64,000 bases of DNA from Octopus sinensis (lineage: Eukaryota), in assembly GCF_006345805.1 (NCBI RefSeq), contig NC_043008.1, forward strand, positions 31,124,001 through 31,188,000. The letters run 5' to 3'. Every line of letters starts with the position of its first letter. The first letter of the stretch is position 1. Shown here piece after piece: positions 11,566-23,739 of this stretch. Under the pieces are notes generated by a model. It was given only the letters and a program-made list of their open reading frames with translations. It did not search any database and was not told where the DNA came from. Position numbers and translations under genes: made by a program.

Positions 11566-12726
11566 CGAGGGTGGACTGAAAAGTGAAAAGTTCATAGGCT
11601 GACTATGAAGGAGTAATGCTAGGGCTGTGAAATCTTACATGCATTAGTTTCAACCTTCTTATTAATAGCTGCAGTGTTTCTTTCCAGGCAAACTAACATC
11701 TGACTGTTCATAGAAGATAAACTAGTAGATACTTCTCGTTGAAATGGACAAAAATTGGCACCGCGCTGTTATGAAATACATGCAGAAAAATTTTCGAGCC
11801 CAAGGACATTCATGCTGATACGGTTGCTATATTGGATGATGCTTCAGCTTTATCAACAGTACAAAAGTGAGCAACTGACTTTTGGAGGGGAAAGAAGAGT
11901 CTTGAAAAATGACCCAAGATCTGGACCTCTTGCAACTGTTCACCACACGCTAATGGATGACAGGCGATTAACTAGAAATCAGCCATGCAATGCTATAAGC
12001 ATATCTTGCGAGAGAGTTGAAAATATCATACACAATGAACTTGACATAAATAATGTTTCTGCTCGGTGAGTGCCATGTTTTCTGACACAAGTTCAAAAGC
12101 GCACAAAGCTTTTGATATCACAGGGAAATCTGACATAGTCTGAAGCAGATCTAGCTGGTTTCTCTGAACATTTCCTAACCCAAAATCGGTGTTGGGTTCA
12201 TCACTTTGAGTCAGAGACAAAGAGAAAATCCATGGAGTGGAGACATCCCTCCAAAGAAAGCCAAGATCGTCTCATCTACCGGGAAGGTGATGGACTCAGT
12301 TTCGGAGAATGCAAAATGTATTTTGTTTAATGACGAGGGCCACACCATCAATGCCAACTTTGCCAACATACTGGAGCAGTAACTAAGAGTATCAAGACCA
12401 AACACCTAGAAAAAACTCACTAGAGGGATCTTGTTTCACCAGAACAATGTTCCAGCACACAAGCCTTTCGTTTTAATGGCTGTTGTGCGTGATTGTAACT
12501 TCGAACTGGTTGATCTTCCACCCGCTTCTCCTAATCTGGCCCCGTCTAACTATTTTGAGTTTCCCAGCATGAAAATAACACTTGGTTGGAAACTAATATT
12601 GCAGTGGCGATGGCGTCATATCTACTTCTTCACCAGTGGGATCCAAGCACTGCGACACTGTTGGGGTAGTGTGTGGACTGCAAAGGGGACTATTGAAAAA
12701 TGAACCTCAATTGGTCACATTCCTAT
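11566..12726 (+). mobile_element. Decayed mariner element (irritans/Himar1-like)
   Basis: Left TIR CGAGGGTGGACTG...AAGTTCATAGGCTGAC. Remnants KNDPRSG, WVHHFESETKRKSMEW, GKVMDSV, FHQNNVPAH, PPASPNLAPSNY. Related to the copy at 36352-37570. Confidence 0.85.
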
Positions 12727-13093
12727 GTATGCCTGTATGACACATGATCTCACCACCACACTTTCTTAATATGCATTGAAAAAACATACTTTGAACTGTC
12801 ATAAGCTGAACAACAACAAAAACCGGATACGGTCAGGGAAATAAAGTTTTTCAAGTAAAATTTAATCCTTTTTCAACTGCAAAACTTCTTGGGTTATAAC
12901 ATGCACTAAAATTTATTCAGTAAAAATTTTATTACGAGAACATTTTAATGCGTTTCAATAAAATGTAAAATTTTCTCTCCTTTTTTTATGTGTGTGTGTG
13001 TTGTATCAGTAAAACTTCCCTTGCGAAAACATACAGCAATACATTTACAGTAAGATTGGTATATGAAAAATTTTATTATTATTACTTTCATAT

Positions 13094-13168
<75 letters not shown>

Positions 13169-13263
13169 TAGATAGATAGATAGATGTAGATATAGATATA
13201 TATATATATATAGATATATAGATATATAGATATATATGTATGTATATATATATATATATATAT

Positions 13264-13369
<106 letters not shown>

Positions 13370-13423
13370 ATATATATATATATATATATATTATATATTA
13401 TATATATATATATAATATATATG

Positions 13424-14070
13424 TATAAAAATATGGTAAAGTAAAAGAATTCACTTTACCACACACCGAACTTTTCAGAAATAGCAGCCAAAAATTTGGC
13501 TATTTCTTCAACTGCAAATAAAAGTCTCCAGACAATGCATACTCAGAAAAAAACAATGAGAGATCACATCCATATACGATACCCGAGGACAGTCTGTTTC
13601 TGGATTTGTGGGTAAAACGCCACTTTTCCTTCATCAGCTCAGAGATTTCTTCCGATTTAGATTTGAAAATACTAAGAATCAAACATACCCATCCGATATC
13701 TGTAACATCGGACAAACCATGCCAGACACCCAGTACTAGCGAATCCAAAAATACGAATGAGATCTATTATTCTCCCTGTCCGCCCACGTGAGTCATAGAG
13801 CATTCCATTTCTACAGAGGTAAAAACTGCAGTGTGAGTTATTTTTCTGAGTATGCATTGTCTGGAGACTTTTATTTGCAGTTGAAGAAATAGCCAAATTT
13901 TTGGCTGCTATTTCTGAAAAGTTCGGTGTGTGGTAAAGTGAATTCTTTTACTTTACCATATTTTTATAAATTAATACTTCAAATATACCGTAAATGGTCT
14001 TTACATACCGAATACTGCTTGGTCGAATTTATTAATAATTAATTAATTCGACCCCCTTTTTTGATAACAA
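13424..14070 (-). mobile_element. ORF-less PLE-derived module with perfect 128-bp inverted repeats enclosing a hammerhead
   Basis: Arms 13424-13551 and 13841-13968 are exact reverse complements (checked base by base). The 289-nt loop contains a hammerhead; (TA)n lies on both flanks. Confidence 0.8.
13582..13643 (-). ncRNA. Type I hammerhead ribozyme (GUC cleavage triplet)
   Basis: Minus strand TCTGAG CTGATGA A GGA-AAAGTGG-CGTTTTAC-CCACAAA-TCC A GAAA CA-GAC-TG TC CTCGGG. Core intact, but there is an A.A mismatch at the base of stem II. Confidence 0.75.
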
Positions 14071-14123
14071 TATATATATGTATATATATTCATACATACA
14101 TATATATATGTATGTATATATAT

Positions 14124-14195
<72 letters not shown>

Positions 14196-14302
14196 TTTTG
14201 GCTTCCTATGTTAAAAAATATACTTGTTTTATTCAAATATATGTAAAAAAAAAAAAGCTATCGTATTTTCAACCCTGTCTTATTACTTTCAAATATATAA
14301 AT

Positions 14303-14331
14303 GCACACACACACACACACACACACACACA

Positions 14332-14362
<31 letters not shown>

Positions 14363-14464
14363 ACACACACACACACACACACATAAACACACACACACAC
14401 ACACACACACATAAACACACACACACACACACACATAAACACACACACACACACACACACACAC
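14303..14464. repeat. (CA)n microsatellite with interruptions
   Basis: Direct inspection. Confidence 0.95.
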
Positions 14465-15267
14465 GGTGCGCATGGTTTATGTGAGACCTGTATTATTATT
14501 GCAAAACCTAAATCAATGTAAGTGACATTTAAGTATTTCCAACGCTGCAACTGCAACAGGGCTGTAAATATAAAAACAAAAATAATGAAGAATTTTTTTC
14601 CGAAAAATTCCCACGAGTGTCTCTCTCTCAAACTACAACATATATGCATATATGCCTGCTGATGCTGTTGATATAATTTTGTTTGTATCATTGTATCGGT
14701 GTATGTATAGGTGCAATTGTTATGTGTCAGTACCACAGTATATGGATGTAAATCTGTTTAAGCTTGGATTCAACGGGTTATGTCACTTTTGATAGTGATT
14801 TCTCTCCGTTTTTGAAACAGATGGTAGGCTTTCATAGAAACGTAGCCGATTAGATTTTCAAAATTGTGTATTTTGTTCTCTCAGCCTTTCCTGAGAAACG
14901 ATCTAGGTTAGTGTTTTTAAATTTTGTACGCAAGTGATGTCTAGATGATCTTTAGATTTTTTAAAAATATAAATTAAGGTTTTAGATAATCTGCAGAGAT
15001 TTTGAGCGTCTAAAAAACGTGCTAAATATATTAGAAATAATTATTTTTACCATAAGTATTGTTAAGAAAATAAGTGTAAGCGACAGTTTTATATACATTT
15101 TTATTAACTTGAACTTTAAGATGCAGTTTCTTTAAATATCTTGCGATGTGCGTCAGTAATGTTCTGATCTTCGGTCACCTACGACATCAAAAGAATGAGA
15201 ACTACAAGTCCAATGATATTACCATTGTCTCTTTAACCAACAGCTTTAATAGTGTGAATATATAGAC

Positions 15268-15357
15268 AATACCAAACGAGTTCCCTATGGATACCGTATT
15301 TATTACAAGCCACGAGTTGTAATAAATATGGTATCCATAGGGAATGAGTTTGGTATT
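15268..15357. other. 41-bp-arm palindrome with a lox/FRT-like core
   Basis: AATACCAAAC-GAG-TTCCCTATGGATACC-G-TATTTATTACAA [GCCACGAG] TTGTAATAAATA-T-GGTATCCATAGGGAA-TGA-GTTTGGTATT. Confidence 0.9.
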
Positions 15358-15779
15358 TTATTTATTACACACGAATAAACGACCATATTTTATTAATCTA
15401 ATCATTAAATTCTTCACATCGTGTTGAAGCGCGCATGAATACAGCTTGATTTCACGTCAGTGACGTCACAATGTGTAACTGTAAAAGATGTCATGCCGCA
15501 GGAAGATAGTCCGACTTTATAGCGCTAAGTTTTCAGGTGAAATGACTGATAACTGATGACTATTTAACATTTTGTTAACATTCAAGTTCACGTTCAAGAA
15601 ATACATAACACAGATTGAATCTTCAATAACTTTAATAATACTCAAACATGTTTTCGAGTAGCAATGTCAGTCAGAGAATAGTCAGCACAATAGTCCAGGA
15701 AAACGTAACAGTCCTCATTATCTGTGAGACGAGGCCGCTTTGCATCTGAACCAAAGAAGTTCACATTGATTGTTCCCCC

Positions 15780-17273
15780 TTATATTGGAGCCAAGAAAAT
15801 GGAGTGCAATGAACCAAAGCAAGTGACAGCGTTCCGAGATTGACTCGACGTAACGTTGACGGTGGAGGGGAGTTCACTTGCACTCGCTGCTGCTATGTGT
15901 GACGGAGGTACAAGCGAACCAGGCTGGTCGTTGTTGCTACTAAGGATGTTACTGATGGCACGATGACGATCCATGGAAATATTGCTGTAACTATTGATGC
16001 TTTGCACATTACGATGTCCAGATATCTGCATGATTTCAGTTGGAGGAATGTTCTGGTCAGCGAGCTTCTGCACAAGGTATTTGCGTGCTGAATGGTTCGT
16101 GAATCTTCGATTGTCCAAACCAGCTGATTTAGCCATCCTTTTCATAATTGTACCTAGTTTGTTGACACCGACCGGTTGACGTTTAAACCAGGGATGAGAA
16201 TGGGAGGCATCTTTGCAGTTGGTGGCCAAATAAAATGGTGAATCCGGCGATGAATAATCTGATGGTCTCAGATCAGCAAAACGCTTGTACAGGTTAACTG
16301 GACAACGCTCATCATTCGTCGCCCATGCTTTTGGGTATATGTTACGTGCATGGTCGAGATTATCACCTTGATAAGTTTTGGACTGTCGCTCCCTAAACTG
16401 AAGGAATTCCTTGCCTTCATTGTCAACATGCAAAGAAACGTCGCCCCATCGCATGCCGTTGTGAGGTTTGACACTCCGGATACCAAAGTGAACGGTGTTG
16501 TTCCACCATAGCGTGTTGAGGATGGATTCAGGTGTGTTCGGAAAGAGCTGGTCACATTCCCATAGCTTGTTGATATCATCGTCGGAGAGAGATTCCGCGC
16601 GTCGAGGTAGGTTTCCCATTCCTTCACTTTTCAACAGCTTTTGCTTTGTTTTTAGTACGTCATGTAGTTTCACGAATGTCCCGTCCGAGAATAGTGACGT
16701 CGAGTAGTGTTTTGACTTCAGATATCTTTCAATACTGGATAACATTCCCCTCAAAGATGAAGGTTCATAGTTGCTACCGTCCGGGTTTCGTAACGAGATA
16801 AAGAAAGTACACAGAATGTCACAAAGTTCGCTTTTGTCGATAGATTCAATTGGACGCGTGTCGCCATTTGTCGCCATGAAAGCAAACAATCGTTTAACAT
16901 CATAGTTTGTTTTCCGAAGAGTGTTTTTATTTTGATTACCTTGAACGAATTTATCTATTCCAGAATGATCATACCTCGGTTGAAATTCAAGATCATTATG
17001 GCTATCATCAAAGAAATCGTCACGAAGAAGATCATTGTACACCTCATCAGGGATGTTAAATGTAGGGTTCGATGACAATCCACTCGTCGATGACACTGTT
17101 TCAGGTACCTTTGTTAACCTGTATCCAGCAACATGTCGAACTTGGCCAGTATTGATCTTCACATTGAACATTCTGTATGTTCCAAGAGGTTGAACAACGG
17201 ATAACACTCTTCCCCCATCTTTACCATCAATCTTAACAAAATCATTCACCTTGATATCGACAACAGTAGCCAT
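15780..17273 (-). CDS. Crypton tyrosine recombinase (DUF3504 / ZMYM-KCTD1-QRICH1-C-terminal-like), 497 aa from ATG 17273
   Basis: Catalytic set recognisable: HFGIR (R), SKTYQG (K), NHSAR (HxxR), ISGH (H), NSY (Y). Family motifs also present: YEPSSLRGMLSSIERYL, RCPVNLYK, SPFYL, WFKRQPVGVNKL. The ORF-track start at 17348 is a non-ATG codon. Confidence 0.9.
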   Translation of the reverse strand: MATVVDIKVNDFVKIDGKDGGRVLSVVQPLGTYRMFNVKINTGQVRHVAGYRLTKVPETVSSTSGLSSNPTFNIPDEVYNDLLRDDFFDDSHNDLEFQPRYDHSGIDKFVQGNQNKNTLRKTNYDVKRLFAFMATNGDTRPIESIDKSELCDILCTFFISLRNPDGSNYEPSSLRGMLSSIERYLKSKHYSTSLFSDGTFVKLHDVLKTKQKLLKSEGMGNLPRRAESLSDDDINKLWECDQLFPNTPESILNTLWWNNTVHFGIRSVKPHNGMRWGDVSLHVDNEGKEFLQFRERQSKTYQGDNLDHARNIYPKAWATNDERCPVNLYKRFADLRPSDYSSPDSPFYLATNCKDASHSHPWFKRQPVGVNKLGTIMKRMAKSAGLDNRRFTNHSARKYLVQKLADQNIPPTEIMQISGHRNVQSINSYSNISMDRHRAISNILSSNNDQPGSLVPPSHIAAASASELPSTVNVTSSQSRNAVTCFGSLHSIFLAPI

Positions 17274-17370
17274 CTTGTTGATAGATCTACCTGCACTGCA
17301 AGAGTATCGACGAGCAGACGATATATGTTGTGATTTTTTTGGCAGCAAAAAATTGAATTACGACCAGAAA

Positions 17371-17378
17371 TTTTTATA
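17371..17378 (-). promoter_or_regulatory. Candidate TATA box for the Crypton ORF
   Basis: TATAAAAA on the minus strand about 100 nt upstream of the ATG, with a CCAATCAG motif near 17540. The region is AT-rich, so this is weak. Confidence 0.3.
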
Positions 17379-17699
17379 TTTTATGTGTATATGACTTTAA
17401 GTGATATCTGGTATAAAAAAGATAGTATGTTTGTTTAATTACATGGCTACATTCTACCTGCTCGTGAAAGTTTAGTTGTAACTTATGAATGACAAAAGTA
17501 GTGCCGTCACCGTGACCTCGGGTCATCACCATGGATTGACCAATCAGAAGCAGCGCTCGCAGTATCTGACATATGTTAGATACCAAAAATATCTCAAAGT
17601 GTTCTCACTCACATGTGTGTAATAAATCTGGTTTCTACAGCGTTTCCATGCACCTGAAATGTTGTATTCATTCAATAGGAGATAGATCTATTTAGTCAG

Positions 17700-19100
17700 G
17701 GACTAAACAACAAAGTGAATTATCAGTTATTTTGTATTTGATTAATCGGATTTGGACAATACCTATGACATTTGCAAGGCTCTTGTGATGTATATATCTA
17801 TGAATCGATGCAATATCTATGAAAGTATTTAAGTTAACGAGTGTAGGTAAATCGTATGTTACTGGACCTATGTCTGGGAAAGAATCTGAGCAACCGTTTC
17901 CTTATTAACACTCGTCGGAAATTGATGTTGTCAATTCTATCTCCCTGCTTTGTTGCATCCGTTGTTTATCTGGCATAAGCTTTATTTGTGTGAAGGCAGC
18001 TTTGGCACAGGTTGTTAAGAGTGATCCCTAGTCTATAAATAGACCTTATAGGTGGCTTTTCTGTGGAAGGTGGTATTATTAGATCACTTTTCTGTAATTC
18101 TGAGTCGGAAGTTGGACAGGGTGAAAGAAAGAAAGTTCCAGTTTTATTTCGATGCTCTATTTCAAAATGTGTATGATCATACTATTTAAGCCGTTTGCCT
18201 CTTCACGAAATGTTATCTACATATCTGGAGGAGAAAGTACAGGTATACTAGGGTTAAAGAACTCTGTACTTTAGCTGGCCTATGTATGAGAAAGGTGATA
18301 AGCTTAATAGGCTTTATACATAGGAGATCCTGATGTTTTTTTGTTTTGTTTCTTTTTGCGTACACCAGTAAAAGAGAAAAGGGTGACGTTCGCAATAAAA
18401 GTCAAGAGCTGTCGACTATGCACTCAAAAAGTCAATATCGTTACATGTTTACTTAAAGACAGTATCTGTAGTAAAGTTAATTTCACTGCAGACTATATTG
18501 AATTAGTATTTTTCGAAGACAAATAAACAATTGATTCTATAAACACAATCTTGGAGGTATTTCATTTACAGAATCAGCAAGAATATTTGAAAGATTTGAT
18601 GGAGGGGGTCGCTAGGCTCTTATTAGCCATCTCAACTAGCAGGAGAACGAGCCAACAAGATAGCTGTAGTTTGATTACTAGACTTGCCAGAAATAACAAC
18701 CACATTCACCCATCAAATCTCACTCTTCGGATACATTGGCTAGTGTAGTCTTAGGTATTCTATTCCTGAAGAAAGAAGCGAGATTTTCTAAACTGGAATG
18801 CCATTGATCATAGACATACTCTATCAATGATGGCCTAGGGTTAAGCAAAATAAGCAACTGTTAAGGAAAGAAAACTAACTGGGTTTTTTTCAGTGAAATC
18901 CCACCACGACGTTCTAATGTGAAGCTTATAAATCACCAGATAGGATCATACTTTTACATGACATCCTCGCTGTAACATCTAAGAGAATCTCCGGTGTCAC
19001 TGCAGACTAAACACCAACTGCAGATTCGGCTATGTATGGACCTCTGAGATATCTAAGACGAGGTTGTCGAATTCTTGAACGTTTGTCATTACCAGAAGTG
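17700..19100 (-). mobile_element. Highly decayed LINE (CR1/Jockey-like) remnant
   Basis: Faint minus-strand motifs MILSGDL*ASH (APE GDFN-like) and IGPVT (GPD-like), with many stops. Confidence 0.3.
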
Positions 19101-20548
19101 ATGGTGATGGTGATAATGAGGATGATGGGTTTGGGGTCAAAAGGAAGGATGTGAAGGAGTAGGAAAATGGCGAATTCTTTACTTATAAAGATGATGGAGC
19201 TGACCAGCTACCAACACTTGCAATTTCAGTTGTTTTTTTCTTTTTTTTTTTTTTGTTTATTTGTTTATTTTTTAATGCTTATCGATTCGGTGTTTCGGTC
19301 CTTGAAATATTTGTTTTATCAGTTTGACATTTTAAAAGGGAAAAAATCTGAACATGATGGATTGAAATTCCCAACTAGAATTTCTATATCATCTGAATAG
19401 CAATCGCGTGACTAGAAAGCTTAATAATGTTAATTTTGTCTTAGAATTTTCATGTTACTCACTCAGTGTCGTATAACACAGAATGATGCAAAAAGTATTG
19501 AAGAAATTTCTATTGATTTTCTTTTCTTTTTTTCCCCCCTTGTCAGAAAAATGTTGGAATCACCAAAATGGAAGTAGGTGTCCTTCATAATAACGGTCAA
19601 AAGTTAATGGGTGTCTGAGGACGTGATGCTGAAGCAGTTGATGTTGCAAGAAATTATGCTGTCGGTTATGAGGTTGGTGGCAAGGAGAGGTGTAGACATG
19701 CACAGGGTAATCACGAAATAAGAAAAAGAAAGCAGCACATTTTGTTTCTTTAGAAATCTTTGTAAGGAAACCTTGAGGATTCCTGTTCTACAACAAGCAA
19801 TATTTTTGTAACAGGAGTGAAGATACTTCTCGTAAATTCAATCAGAGCCGGATTTATACATAAACTTAATAAGCTCCATTAAAGGTTCCTACAATCTTTA
19901 GGATCTTCAAAATAATTAAATAATAATTATGTTTTCAATTTTTATTATGTCTGATACGATGTTTTAACAATGAGCCTCCAAGCTTTGTATAACTTAGGAT
20001 CTCTCTAAGCTTATATTCTGTTCTAATTTCAATCTTTCTTAAAATATTTATATCAGTTGATACAGCTTGCTGTCGTCTGTAATTGGAACATTATATCTAA
20101 TATGCATCAGTGTTTTATCGTTTTGTCTTTTTGTTTTACATTATAGAGAGAGCCTTCAACTTCAAATTGTTTGGCTACCTTTAGTTAAAGGCAATGTTTT
20201 AATCCGCGTATATTTTATAAACGAAACCTAACAGTTCTATATTTAACGGCACTTAATTAATTGCAACACCGAGTTCGTATTTGTGTAGGTCACTGTTGGG
20301 CAACTTCTATTTGTAACGGTCCACTTTTGACAGGGTTAACGCCTGTCCCTGGCCTACATGTGTATTATGTCTTACCTTACGTTTAAAGATATATCTGAGT
20401 GTCACTTCTATTTCTGTCACTGGCAATGATTAGGTAAGCAAAAAAAAATTTTTATTGTGAAAGAAATAACTATTTAAATGCTAACGACAGCTTAATGGCC
20501 CTGACGTGCATTTCGTTTGAAAATATTTTAATAGGTAAAGACAAGACT

Positions 20549-20826
20549 AACAGTGTGGTTAAAAAGCTCGTTTTGCAACTCTGTGGTTTCATGCGGTAGC
20601 TTGGATAAATGTTTTCTACTATAACCTAGGCTGACCAATGCCTTATGAGTGAATTTGGGAGACGGAGACTGTGTGGGACCCCGTCGTATATGTGTATGAG
20701 TGGTTTGCTTACGTCCATGTAATTTACAAAAAATAAATACTGGGTCGATTTGTTCAACTAAATTCTTCAAGGCAGTACCCCATCATGGCCGCATCCGTTG
20801 ACTGAAACAAATAAACGATAAAAGAT
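20549..20826 (+). mobile_element. Degenerate family-A SINE
   Basis: Head remnant, TTTTCTACTATAACCTAGGCTGACC body and ATGGCCGCA...GACTGAAACAAATAAA tail. Confidence 0.7.
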
Positions 20827-21204
20827 CCACTGAAAGCACTTCAGTGGACCACATGTAGGACGTTGTTCATCTACTGCCGACTCTGGTCTATTCTAAAAAA
20901 CAACCACCCCGATATGAATAGATTGCTTTAATTACTGTATGCTATACAGTACCGGACTTCTTATCCGGCTTCCAAAAATCCGGAAATACTATGCAGTACC
21001 GTACAATATTCTGTAACCTATATTAAGTAAACAGTCTGTTTTTGTATATTCATTTGTATACGATGTATTAAGAATCGCTTTGTTGTTTACTTTTTTAAGG
21101 GATTTGATAAAGATTAAACATACTCTGCATTAGAAATGCATTAATTTGTTCCCGTATCTGTTAAATAAAATCATGTACTTTACTTTTTCTTCTGTGTTTT
21201 TATA

Positions 21205-21410
21205 TTCTTCTATTTGTTTCAGTCATTTGACTGCGGCCATGCTGGAGCACCACCTTGAAGGGTTTTAGTTGAAAAAAATCGACGCTATGACTTTTTTAAA
21301 GCCTAGTACTTATTCTATCGGTCTCTTTTTGCCGAACCGCTAAGTAACGGGGACGTAAACGCACAAAAACCGGTTGTCAAGCTGTGGTGAGGGGACAAAC
21401 ACAAGCACAA
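21205..21410 (-). mobile_element. Family-A SINE 3' half
   Basis: TTTGTTTCAGTCATTTGACTGCGGCCATGCTGGAGCACC...GCCGAACCGCTAAG...GGGGACGTAAAC matches 42111-42320. Confidence 0.85.
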
Positions 21411-21443
21411 ACACACACACACGCACACACACACACATCATAC

Positions 21444-21510
<67 letters not shown>

Positions 21511-21584
21511 TTCAGTTAATTAGATACTTTAGTTGAAGCACCAAGTCAGTGTGGTATTATCCGTACAACTCAAAGTAAGTGAAT

Positions 21585-23690
21585 AAAATCAAAATAAGCA
21601 ACAGGATATCAAGAGGTGATGCAGTACGACCGTTTCAAGTGGTTCAATTTAATGGAACAATGCAATCATTACATCAATTTAAATGCAGGGCTAGCCTCAG
21701 CTGCATAGATAAATAGAATTTTTAATCAGCTGGACACATTAATATAATTTTACTCAAATTCTCTAATAGAGCAAGAAGAGGGAAAGAGTCCATGTTGCTA
21801 TTAAAGTAGCTAAGAATATACTACACTTTTGTATGAAGTTTGTTAGGGTCATAGCTTGTAAAGGATTGTGGTTCATTTATTATTTATTAGTCTTTTTTAT
21901 TAACTACCAAATCTAAGGCTAGAGGACAGAAGAACGGGAGTGAGTTGACAGTTTATAGTTGGGTATTGTCATAAATATTGTCAGGATTTTAGGATTTGTA
22001 TAAATAACTGTCTATAAAGGAGGCTGGGTAGGGGAAGACCCCCAAATCAAGATGTTAATTAGCAGTTAAAGGGGCAAGACGCTAATAAAACCTATGATGT
22101 TAATACAGAGGAAATTATCATTGGGTACTATGGATGATTGTATATAAACAATATTATCATGATGTATAAAGATAAAATTTAAGATTACTAAAAATGATAT
22201 TATAACCATAATAGATAAACTGTGTATATATACCAATTTTCAACATTAGAATGGGAAGATTACATACAATTAATTTTAATATTCATTTCTGTACTTAATT
22301 ATTTACTTATTAGGTGGTTTCTATAAAGATTGCTCTGGGTATTTACTTAAAGAATACTGTGGCGATAAATTATGCTATCTTTATATTAATTATAAGCAAG
22401 GAATCAGAAAAAAGTTGGAAAAAATAAGTTGTGCACAGATACATACACATATTCAACTATGTGCACACGTGCAAATATACACAAATATTTGTATTTTATT
22501 ATGGGTATGTTATAATCAACTCTCATAGACTAAAGTAACTAGAAAGTTTATATCTCTCTTTAAGAACATTAATAACTTATAAGAGATAAGAGGTTAATAA
22601 GTAAAGGTATCAAAATAAGAAAACAATAAGAAATTATAGAGAATAGTAAGAAAATATATATAATTTATTATATATAATACTAGGGGGTTAGTTCACATCA
22701 GATATGACACTAAAGATTAATTTCTCTTATCCAGGTTCAAGTGTAGCACCTTTAAACGCTAATTTCGAAATTAGTACGCATAATACCCTTAAGTCCAATC
22801 TATTATTAATCAGGTTGCTCTTGTCCCTATACTTAGAAATTTCATAAGTTTCCATAGGGCACAGCTCACACTCGTATCGACTAACTCTATAAGGCTGCGC
22901 TTTCCTTATAATATCCCATTTAAGGCTAAATTCGATTCCGCTTTCCTTCAGCTCCTAAATCTTGCTATATATATACAAAGTTACCAGCTACAGTTGTGAT
23001 TGTACACTTATAGATTACATTTTGGATTAGACATCGGCCTAATAACGGACAGTGGGATTTAACTCTACAATTGCAACTAAGAGAATTACAACTATTAATA
23101 TTATTGATATTCATACCATTGTTATCATTAATATTAATCCTACTACTACTACTATATTAATATTAATCCTACTACTATTATTGTATGTGCTATTATCGTA
23201 TCTGGAATTATCATATCTCCATCCTTCATTCACATTCATCCCAGCATTATCAGGCATATCAGTAATCCCTGTGCTAGTGTAGACCTCAGAGCTACAGTCT
23301 ATATTGTATATATTAGAAGCATTAGTACCGCTGTTTCTATTTTCTACGTCACCATTAATATTATTATTCACATTGTAGAAGTTAGTGTTGACAGTAACAT
23401 TATTATTATTATTACCACCTTTTGCAAATTTGATATTCTTTCTATTTAACCTTGCTATGATGGTACCATATTGGGGAAAGTAGAATATAAGATTCTAACT
23501 GTCTTACGGGAAAAAATTCAGTTATATCTATGGGAATCAGGGAAGTTTTTTTCTAAATTTGTCATAAATTTCCTATATATGTTTATGGATATGGCACAGT
23601 TGAAGTCTTTTTAATGATTGTATTGTTCAATTAAATGGAGCTGCTTGAAACGGTGGCACTGCATCACCTCTTGATATCCTGTTGCTTATT
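21585..23690 (-). mobile_element. Decayed Penelope-like element (thumb + GIY-YIG of the CxC-x5-C linker type) with an inverted terminal duplication
   Basis: Minus strand KNFPDSHRYN*IF...VRISYSTFPNM, a long Asn-rich linker, CNCRVKSHCPLLGRCLIQNVIYKCTIT, and ELKESGIEFSLKWDIIRKAQPY...CELC. About 85-bp inverted repeat at 21585-21670 / 23605-23690. Confidence 0.75.
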
Positions 23691-23739
23691 TTGATTATAT
23701 ATGTATGTATGTGTGTGTATGTATATATACGTATGTATA

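Larger units (their letters stand above)
15240..17640 (-). mobile_element. Crypton (tyrosine-recombinase DNA transposon), near full length; ends approximate
   Basis: Single long YR ORF, subterminal palindrome at 15268-15357, and a 13-bp inverted repeat ATTTATTACACAC (15360-15372) / GTGTGTAATAAAT (17615-17627). Exact termini are not resolved. Confidence 0.85.

Noticed and set aside
15240-17641. ACAGC (15240-15244 / 17637-17641) as Crypton terminal direct repeats
   Set aside because: A 5-bp match is expected by chance; termini need multi-copy or empty-site alignment.
18760-18800. CTGAAGA motif as a hammerhead
   Set aside because: Lacks G12 and has no room for stem III or a UH site; likely chance.
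21600-21680. Hammerhead in the terminal inverted repeat of the 21.6-23.7 kb PLE (GAAACGGTC)
   Set aside because: No CUGANGA core and no closable stem II in either copy.
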